A stretch of 48,906 nt of DNA from Macrostomum lignano (taxonomy: Eukaryota), in contig NIVC01002253.1 of NCBI GenBank assembly GCA_002269645.1, forward strand, positions 1-48,906, written 5' to 3'. The position numbers and the translations under genes are program-made. A model generated the notes under the pieces. The model saw only the letters and a program-made list of their open reading frames with translations. It ran no database searches and was not told the origin of the DNA. Shown in pieces: positions 40,401 through 48,906 of the stretch (position 1 is the stretch's first letter; each line of letters begins with the position of its first letter).

Positions 40401-40632
40401 GCCTACCGGCAACACTGCAGGCAGTCAGGATCAGCCAGCCTGGACAATGAACTGCGTCACCCTATCTGGCGACGGTCTGCGCAACGAACGATGCCATTCT
40501 AGGCGACGATTTGTGTGCAAAGTGCAGCAGGAAAAAGTGCATCACAGAACTGACGCCACTGCAGCCACTTCGGAGGAGCCCGGAATGGGAGAATCAAGAG
40601 CTGACGGCTCTTCGAAGGAGAAGAAGAAATGA
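37445..40632 (+). CDS. Secreted protein with two C-type lectin-like domains, 3 exons, ~396 aa
   Basis: Exons 37445-38055, 39135-39393 and 40312-40632, total 1191 nt. Hydrophobic N-terminus MANPSRLITILLALISH. CTLD1: FCYRY..W..AELVC...GGHLVSIRS.EEN...VWIG...FVCK. CTLD2: GHCY...A..HC...GGHLASVHS.AE...VWIGL...YQWTD...W..GHP...NCV...C...FVCK. No TM segment. Confidence 0.9.
38160..38965. repeat. 23-bp minisatellite TTTAGTGTAGGAC(A/G)TTTGATCAG, lectin intron 1
   Basis: About 34 copies. Confidence 0.97.
39572..39985. repeat. 24-bp minisatellite CAGGTGAATCAGTTGATAAGACT(G/A), lectin intron 2
   Basis: About 17 copies. It explains ORFs 39502..39714 and 39536..40015. Confidence 0.95.
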
Positions 40633-41909
40633 TCTTTGGCTTGTTATAATATATGTCTTTTATAACCTTTATAATGATTCTTTTTAGAAAAATACTTACA
40701 AATGCGAAGCAACGCTACTAATAGTAGACGCAACACACATGCGCGTCAAATTTTATGCGTAAAATTAATATTTTTACTAAAGAAATAACTTCTGCAACTG
40801 GTGAACTCTTTGTATTGCAGCAAAAACGGCTACTCAGAACTATTTTATTTGCATTTAGTTTACCAAATACCAAATTTTATTTCAAAATAAGTTACTATTG
40901 AATGCAATGGACGGCCTAATGAATAAAAGTACTTCTCAACTTTTAAAGATCTCGTAACTTTTTATTTAATCGAAATTTCTCGTTACTATATTTGGTAGCT
41001 GCCAATATTTTTTGGATTATTGATCTTTTATGCCTCTCGGACAGACAGAAATTCGAGAAGTGGAAAACAAAATTTGACAACAGAATCCGTAATAATACGG
41101 AAATCTAATATTTTCATGAGTTTCGCATAGAATACTTCCCACTGTCGTCCTTAGCAAGGCCAGTTCACTACCCAAAGTTGTGCAATCTAGCTTATTTCAC
41201 GCATTAATGTCCACTTCAAAGATCAAATCCTACTCGTAATTGAAAAGTTCTGATGCCAAAATGGGCGACAACATGAGCCCTGGAATGCGAGCTGGAGTCG
41301 ATAGCTGCTGCATGGCCGGATCAGTTGACTAAAATTGCTGAGAGATCCTATCGAGGTCCCGGGAGATGAAATTAATAGAGTCTCAAATTAATAGAATCTC
41401 CCGTGTTGGGTGTCCAATATTCCCCTTGTCCCATCCAAGTATAAAGAGGCCCCCAATGGTTTCTGCAAACTAATTATCTTCCTGTTTCATTTCGTTCAAA
41501 GTAAAATTAAAGCAACAAATTTATTTCTAAGGATGCTCTAAATGGGTCAAAGAATTTTGACTTTGCGTCTGTCTCTCGCGCCACGGCACCTGGGTTCGAT
41601 TCCTTAATTTTGCGGGTCGCGTTCATTTGGGGCAGCTGTGTGCACGAAAATTAGTGCTGAGCGTACATGTTGTCTTGTGATTCACAGCCAGTATATTAAG
41701 GACAGCCCCCAAAGCATAGCGAGTGTGCATGCATAATGATTAGAAAGTCAGGGCCGCTGTACACCCAGTGTGAGCGTGTGTACGAGTGTTTGCCTGCGTA
41801 CGGTATTAAAGCGCTTGCATGTGCTCGGGAGTCAGCGGAATGTTCAGAAATGGGACGATGTCACTGACGACGTTGCGCCACGGGGTGCCCTTGTGCAATT
41901 ATTCGAATA

Positions 41910-42655
41910 TAGCTTTTTGCAGCCCATTTGGGCTTACGCGCATCGAATTTAATCCAAGATACGTTTGCCAATGTAACAGAGCTTTTGTTTATGGTAGCAA
42001 GGCTGGCACAGCGGCATTTAATTTGGTCCAAGAAGCATCAATTTGGTCATTTAGTTCATTTGCAGCTCAGTCCCAGAATTGTGGACCATATGCTAGGCCG
42101 TTGAACGAATGTCATTGGCTTGTGATCGAAGCACTCGACGGAGGTGAACACCCAAAGGACATTGCAAGGTTGCTGAGTGTAAAAGAAAAGGTGGTTTACA
42201 GCATCCAGCAGCGCGTTGAAACTCTGCCGGCAGAGATTGCCTGCGAAAGGGTGGCAATCGCCAAGGAAAGTTGCTCGAGAGCCTCAGGTCCAACTGCTAC
42301 TCGATGCAGTGGAGACGAACCCTTTGTTGACGTTTCAGAAAATGCAGCATAAGTTGAGGGAACAGCTCCAGTTGGCTATCAGATTTCGACTATCAGCAGA
42401 GCTCTGGAAAAGCAACTGAAAACTTTTGGTAGAGACGCTGACATTCCAGCGGTGCGCAACAACCTGCAGACGGTTGAGAGAAGGCAAGAGTTTGTCCAAT
42501 GGCTCACGAGTGTTTGGACCAAATTGATGCTTTTTGGACCAAATTAAATGCCGCTGCGCCAGCCTTGCTACCATAGACAAAAGCTCCGTTACATTGGCAA
42601 ACGTATCTTGGATTAAATTCAATGCGCGTAAGCCCAAATGGGCTGCAAAATGCTA
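41910..42655 (+). mobile_element. Internally deleted Tc1/IS630-like DNA transposon A (~746 bp)
   Basis: ~139-bp TIRs (41910-42048 versus 42517-42655) flanked by TA at 41908-09 and 42656-57. The interior encodes a frameshifted transposase N-terminus (WLVIEALDGGEHPKDIARLLSVKEKVVYSIQQR; LLDAVETNPLLTFQKMQHKL; RNNLQTVERRQEFVQW). No DDE domain. Confidence 0.85.
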
Positions 42656-42663
42656 TATTAATA

Positions 42664-43364
42664 TACCTTTTTGCGATCTAGTTTGCCAAAACTGCAATCA
42701 ATTCTGCCCGCGGTCTATGCCAAGTCTGCTCAGTCATGACCAGAGTTTCAGCCACAGACAACTCTGAAAACTGCAATCAATTTTGCCAAAACTGCGACCT
42801 AGTTTGCCCATAGCATGAGAAAACACTGCACAGACATACATAGCAAGATCAAAGAATGGCCCAGCGTGGACCTTATAACAGGATTTCAGTGAATGACCGG
42901 CAGCGATTGATTCAAGCATATCAGGATAGAGAGGACTGGCAAGATTTCGGTAGGCTGTTGGGCATCTCACGAAGAACCGTGACTTACATAGTTGGACAAT
43001 TCAACGAAACCGGTCGTATAGAGCCTCTGCCTCGCGGAGGTGCCAAGCAGAGGTCCCTTAACAATGCTATGATTGAGAGCATTTGTGCCTACGTCTACCA
43101 TTATAAACTCGCTGTTTATTGTTCACTGTTACAGTTTATTTCGTCACACTTCCGAATTGATTCTCAATAAAAATTCTTCTTGACTTGGTATGGGCAAACT
43201 AGGTCGCAGTTTTGGCAATATTGATTGCAGTTTTCAAAGAGTTGTCTGTGGCTGAAACTCTGGTCATGACTGAGCAGACTTGGCATAGACAGCAAAATTA
43301 TAAGTGATATTTTTCCGCGGTCAAAATTGATTGCAGTTTTGGCAAACTAGATCGCAAAAAGGTA
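42664..43364 (+). mobile_element. Internally deleted Tc1/IS630-like DNA transposon B (~701 bp)
   Basis: TIRs 42664-42812 versus 43189-43364 with internal direct repeats (CTAGTTTGCC, ACTGCAATCAATT), flanked by TA at 42662-63 and 43365-66. ORF 42856..43170 MAQRGPYNRISVNDRQRLIQAY...FGRLLGISRRTVTYIVGQFNETGRIEPLPRGG is a paired/HTH transposase N-terminus, truncated. Confidence 0.88.
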
Positions 43365-44099
43365 TATTAATGCTAACCTAACCTACATCGTCTGTAGTGA
43401 GAGGTTGACAATTCTTCGTTATTGGATCTACGTATGAATTTTTGCTAGCCCAAAATGTTTATCTACAAGACAATCACACATAAATGGTTTAAGTTTTGCC
43501 TGATTGGCACGCTTGATGAAGCAAAATCCGACGCGTTTAAAGAAGCCAGAAAAATATGAAGCTTCCACTTGAAGGCGTGAGCTTCCCTGCAGTGATTTTT
43601 TTAAAACTCGCGTCAGTCAAACCAGAAGGATGATTGACCGTTCTAAAAGCATCCGGGTTGGTTGGGTTGGTTGGCTTAGGTAAAAAAATCGAGACGATAT
43701 TCAATCGACAACAAGTGATTCAACTCGAGGAAGTGAACCGACTGACGGCTCCTAATTTGGTGAAGATGAAGTTCTGTAATTGAAAAAATAACGTTACTCG
43801 AGGCTCCGCTTGTTTAAAATACTAGAATCACCAGAAGTAGCTCCTAGAAGGGTGGGATAATTTTGTTTTGAACAATACTTTAAAAGCTTAAGATGCTTAT
43901 GGGCTTGTGGGGAGTATGGAGTCATGTGCAAATGAACAACTAAAGTAGAAAGACGCTACGCCTTACGGTTGCGCTGCAATATGCGTTACGAGACAGGAAG
44001 TTTTCAGTATTTTTTCTTGTAATAAATTTAGAATATTACCCTATTTTTACTACACCCTATTTTTACTACCTATTACATTTACATAAAGTACTAGATGCT

Positions 44100-45960
44100 T
44101 CTAACAGCTTACGCTTGCGGTCGACTCGGACCTTCGGTAGACTCGGACTCAGACCTTCGCGGCTGTCTGGAGGTCGCTAGCTGGAGGGACGCTAGCTTGG
44201 TGGTCCTGTTCTTGCTCTGCATCGATGGCTCATAAGTCGACGGTGCCTTCTGTGACGACTCTTCTACGGCTGCAACTGTTTGCGCTGGACAGTCATCCGG
44301 CTTGAGAACCTGGACAGAGCATCGGCAACGATGTTTACGCAGCCACGAATATAGACGTCATCGGTGACATACTCGGAGAGATTGGCTGCCACTGTGGAAG
44401 GCCTGAACTAGGGGCTTGTGGTCCGTCAAGACCTTTACCAATCAATGAACTAAATAACCGTTACCTTGCGTCCTTCGATAAGGCTCCTACGTCGTAAAGT
44501 GCAGCTCTATGTCGAAGGTTCAAAGGTTCGAAACTTCTGCTGGGCTGCGGATAGCTTCTTGCTGAACAAGCCTTTAGGCGTCGACTCTTCACTCTAATTT
44601 TGATGGAGAGCTGCGCCAACGCTGGCTGGCTGAAGCATCCCTGATGAGGCCGTACGAGTAGGAGTTTGGATCTGAATGTTGCAGTAAAAGGCTTGTCCAC
44701 TTGTTTCTTGTCCACTGCGTCCAATCCCATCTGTAGGATCGCGGTGACTGTACATGTAGTTCTCTAGTGACGAGATTCTGAAGAGAAGTCACGATTTCTG
44801 ACGAACTGCGAATAAAGCGGCGGTATAAACAGATGACACCAAAGCGCAGAGCATTGGAGTAGGCCACTCACAACGATTTCAACCTGATGACGAAGCCAAT
44901 GAAGGCATACTCACTCAGCGGTGCTGACTGGTAGGTGCTGGCTGGTGATGAGGTGATGCCTGTTGTTGTACTTAACTTTCTCGGCTGGAGTTAGACGACC
45001 ACCCTCTAAATAGGAAAATATGTCCTTGAAGTGGTTGATGAGCCATTAAACACGCGCGTCGCAGTTTTCAGGGTACCTAAAGAGACTGCGAATGTGTGGA
45101 GCTGCAGGCTGGTGGCAATTAGGGTCTGTGTATGCAGCTTCGTCTCTGGGGTCTACCAGTTTGGAGAGCTTTGTGAAGGTACTTTGGTAGGGTGATAAAT
45201 ACGGCAGCTCCCGTGTCGACGAGAAAGGATGGAGCTTGGTTGCTAAATCTGAGGTCTAACCACTAGAAAGGCTTGCCCACCGCGATTTCGCCTCTGGTAC
45301 TGCTCAACGCTGCGATTTGGGCAGCACTGTCCAGTTTCCCGAAGTTATCTGGTTGTGTCGCACTGGTGAACTCGACCGCGACTGAGCTAGGGTCGTCTTG
45401 TTCTAGAGCATGCGGGGAAGGTAACCAGAGACGACTTCGGAAAAGGTCACTAGCGACGGCAGGTGTGGGCCTGTAGCCCAAAAAGATGTCCGCACGGCAA
45501 CTGACTTGACATTGATCCGGTCAGAAAAGAGTCACACCGCCACGGCTGGGCTTCCAAGTGGTGATTGAGTCGTCACTGAGTCTTGTTGGAATATAGGCTA
45601 CCGTCTTGGGTTCCATTTTGAGTCAGCGATTCAGGCGATTGAGGGTGGGCGTTTGTTTCTGGAAACCCGATAAGTGTATGCAGAATTCACTGGGTAGACA
45701 AGAGTATTAGAGTGGCTTTTATCATGTCGGGTAGCTGGTGGTTTGAATTCCGCCATAAGACGCTGGAGGAAAATTGACGATTTATCTCCTCCCAGGTCTC
45801 TGGTTGCTGGCTGGCTCTTCTGCGCCATACTGCAGACACTGGCCTTCAGTGATGCGTAGTTGGCTAGGATCTCGGCCGTCAAGAGGACCGAGGTGATGTC
45901 TTCCGGAAGGTTGGCCACGAGGTGATGGTACTTGATCTCCTAGGACGTGATGTGAGCCAA
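44100..45960 (-). mobile_element. Decayed Ty3/Gypsy LTR retrotransposon internal region (gag-PR-partial RT-RNase H), CsRn1-clade-like
   Basis: Minus-strand remnants in order: gag (EIKYHHLVANLPEDI...LGGDKSSIFLQRLM), protease FLVDTGA (~45190-45220), RT end (LYRRFI), RNase H (LFSKKLSAAQQK, LIEGRKVTV, LTDHKPLV, YIRG.VNIVADALSR ~44310-44350). There are many stops and frameshifts, the RT core and integrase are missing, and no LTRs were identified. Confidence 0.85.
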
Positions 45961-46623
45961 CTTTATTTGTTATGTGATTAGTTGCTTTCAAAAATGAATA
46001 AAGTTTTTTTGCAGACAGCGGTCTTGGGTGCTTTATATTTACCAGTATATATAATTTAATCACACTTTCTGGAATCCGGAATGTCGGGAAGAATTTTCTA
46101 GAATCAGTGAGCGCAAATTCAAACTGCTGATGCTTACGACAAAGTTTGCGCTCTTACATTTAAAATTTAAACTTACATTTTCTTTAAAAATCATATATAA
46201 CCATACGATACGGAAGTTTGTGGAAAGGTCACTCACTTCACGAGAAAAAGTCTAGAACAGAGAAACTAAAAAAATAGTTGTATCGTCTAAACGGATTTGG
46301 ACAAAAATTGTTTCGCCAGAGACAAATACTTCACTTAAGTACACTTTTTAGACTAGATAAAGATGCGTTTGAAATTTGAAATTCTGAAAGAAGGCGAGGT
46401 ACTGTAGATTTAGTGCAATTAAACACAGAATGCTTCCATAAAAACTATTTAGCTGTTTTGTTGAAACAGGTAAAAAGCAGGAATGTTTTTTTAATGATTT
46501 TCCATGAGCCTTGAAATTAATTTCCCAGAAACCATATAAAAATTCTCTAGTTCCTTGTAAAAACAAATCTAACGGAACTTATTTAGTAGGCCCAAAACTT
46601 ACAAATGGTTGGATCAAGATAGA

Positions 46624-46667
46624 CCAATCAGAGATCAGCTGAGGCCACACCCTGAAGCCTAATAAAT
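46624..46667 (+). promoter_or_regulatory. Candidate core promoter of the peptide gene
   Basis: CCAAT (46624), E-box CAGCTG (46636), CCACACCC (46645) and TATA-like TAATAAAT (46660), clustered 105-150 bp upstream of the ATG. These are motif matches only. Confidence 0.4.
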
Positions 46668-46772
46668 TTGAGCACTCTCCAGCCTACTCAAAGACTGCTC
46701 TAGTTTTGAAGAATTGAGCAGCATCCATCGAACAAGAAACCAAGGAATTTAAAACAATATAGCAACTACAGA

Positions 46773-47066
46773 ATGAGTTCTCAACGCATTTTAAACTGTG
46801 CTCTGCTAATTTTATCTTGCAGCTTTCTGCTGATGAGTTCGCAGCCCGATCTGATTGCGGCTACTCCCATCGAACTTAACGAAGAGGTCGTTGGTTCGAA
46901 TCCCGACCAGACTGTGGACAATATTAGCAACGAGGAACGACGCGAACTGTCAGTGTTGTGCGTTGAGTTGGGTTGCGTCTGGAACGAGATGCGAACTGCC
47001 TGCAGCTGCCGCTCCTCTGTCAGCCGGAAGCGGTCGCCGCCCAGGAAGCCGCCAGGGATTTGGTGA
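46773..47066 (+). CDS. 97-aa secreted prepropeptide of unknown family (signal, acidic spacer, RR, 4-Cys peptide, RKR, SPPRKPPGIW)
   Basis: Single ORF in a GC-richer island. Hydrophobic N-terminus ILNCALLILSCSFLLM, acidic segment, basic cleavage sites RR and RKR, and AATAAA at ~47164. Confidence 0.75.
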   Translation: MSSQRILNCALLILSCSFLLMSSQPDLIAATPIELNEEVVGSNPDQTVDNISNEERRELSVLCVELGCVWNEMRTACSCRSSVSRKRSPPRKPPGIW

Positions 47067-48906
47067 TGCGGAATAATAATTAAAAGCTAACAATGGAAAA
47101 ACAGAATCCTCCCTTATTAACTCTGTGCGATTGCGAATTTTATTTTACAGCTGAAAATTTATGAATAAAAATATAACAAAATTTAAGAACTGTTTGGTTT
47201 TTCGACAGAGTTAATTATAGAAATTAAGTTAATATCAGCATGCATGACTATTACCTTCTATTACTTTTCTATTGTAACTGCTAGTGGCTTTTTAGCTATG
47301 ATTAGTTTGCTTTGACAACGCTTTGCGCTGGAAATTGCTGTTCAATTATCTCTTTTGTTCGTGGCTAATTTTGACTGTGCTGTGAGAGTGAAGTGGCTCT
47401 CGACACGCAATGCCTGCTGAGCGTACAAGAGATTTTCAAACTTAGCAATTTAGTAGAGGTCAATCAGGCTCTTGAGCCAAAATATCAATCGCGTATCGGA
47501 GCTACCGGTATAGTGACAATAACGATGAGTCATATAGGGTGTGTTTAGCTTTTGGCTTTAGCTTTTGGCACGCAAAATACCAGAAAAAATCTAATTTAGC
47601 GTCTCATAAAATTCAAATTAAAAGAAATTAATAAAAGTATTCTAAATTTGTTAGCAACAAATTAAATTTGAGTCGTGAGTTGTACTTTCTAAAGACTTTT
47701 TTCTAAGAAACATGCTTTACATAGCATACAGGCAATCATCTGCATGTATTGTAAAAATTATTCTATATATCGTGCAGGCTGAACGATTTATCACACTTTA
47801 GGCGCACATCAAGTACAGAGCAAGGCGCACATGTAGAATAAGCGAATGCGTTCAAGAGTTCGTAAATATCTTGGACGAAGTTATATAAGCTTAAAAAATC
47901 ACTTGCAACACTTGGACGAGAGTGCTTTGCAGTAGCCATGTTTGAACACAACTCCCGAGGGATCATTTGGAAATCTTAGATATCAAATTATAAATGCGAA
48001 TCAATGCATCGAGTCAGTTTGATAGGTTTTCTAATTTTCTTAAGCTGATTGCCTTCCTATTTAAATGAAGAGGAGTATAACTAGCTACATGTAATTGCAT
48101 ACAGATGCATCAAGTGCGTCATGCAAATTGAACTGTTACAGCAGAAGTTCGGATCTTATACGAAACAGGCTAGGGCAGGTTTGATGTGGATTTCTTCGCC
48201 TGATAATTTAATATTCTTTATTTGAAAATAAATTTAAGACACGACGTATGGTAAGTGGGCAGATTAAGTATTTATCTTAACAGGCACTTTCTGTGAATGC
48301 AGCTCAACACAGATGAATTTCAAGATAACGATGTTAACTTTTAATTTCCGGGAAAAACCATCTCGCGTTATAAAACGTTAAAAAATGGTGTAAATTAGTT
48401 ACCTAGTATGCTTGTTAAAATATATTCGTCTAAATATAAATGTTATCGGCACTTGCATTTTGTACACGTTAGTCTACATGTAAGTGTGCATGTATTTATG
48501 ATAAACAGAGTAAAGATGCAGTCATATTCTATGTGTATTACGAGTACACAATCTTAAATATAAGCATCTGAGAAACTTGCAAAAAGCACACAGCGTCAGC
48601 GAACTGATGCGTATTCTCTGTAGCGGTTCCAGTCGTCCTAAACTCATCACGATAATTAAATGTAATTTGAATCAGTTCCAACTGAGTAATTATCGTAGAT
48701 CAAACCAGTTAAACATATTAAAAATTCTAGCTTCAAAAATAGTAACTTTTTCTTAACGAAATTTCAGCACCAGCTTTTTTTAAAAGAATAAGTTCGCTTG
48801 TAATTATAGCTTTACATCTTCTTTAAACTAAGCAGTCAACAATTTCACATAATTTCAACTTTCACATCCCCATCCGATTTTTTCGATAATTTTAGAAATT
48901 TGTTTT

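Noticed and set aside
46995-47066. Endothelin-like look of the peptide tail (CSC.SS...IW)
   Set aside because: Endothelins have two further Cys between CSC and the terminal Trp and no internal RKR. Here the extra Cys lie upstream.
47763-47966. 67-aa minus-strand ORF
   Set aside because: It has no motifs, signal peptide or splice support.

Overview
This is eukaryotic (animal) genomic DNA with GT-AG spliced genes, AT-rich spacers and minisatellite-filled introns. That architecture suggests a Macrostomum-like flatworm, which is inference only. Exon chains were rebuilt by hand and each multi-exon CDS sums to a multiple of 3. Genes: (1) a 5' coding exon of a DYRK1/minibrain kinase (-, the rest lies left of the window, with an apparent 1-nt frame break); (2) phosphatidylserine decarboxylase PISD (+, 4 exons, ~374 aa); (3) SANBR/KIAA1841-like SANT-BTB protein (-, 16 exons, ~733 aa, plus a candidate 42-nt cassette exon); (4) NRF-6/acyltransferase-3 protein (+, 7 exons, ~808 aa); (5) a secreted tandem C-type lectin (+, 3 exons, ~396 aa); (6) a single-exon 97-aa secreted peptide precursor I cannot assign to a family. 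Mobile DNA: a MULE/foldback-like element with a 9-bp TSD, a hAT MITE with an 8-bp TSD, two adjacent internally deleted Tc1/IS630-like elements, a decayed Gypsy retrotransposon and a possible Helitron end. About 20 tandem arrays are present, and most long ORFs in the supplied track are artefacts of them. The best novelty candidates are the Cys-rich/KPPGIW peptide precursor, the DYRK1 frame break, unusual SANBR splicing and the one-minisatellite-per-intron pattern. No CRISPR, rRNA or tRNA could be supported.
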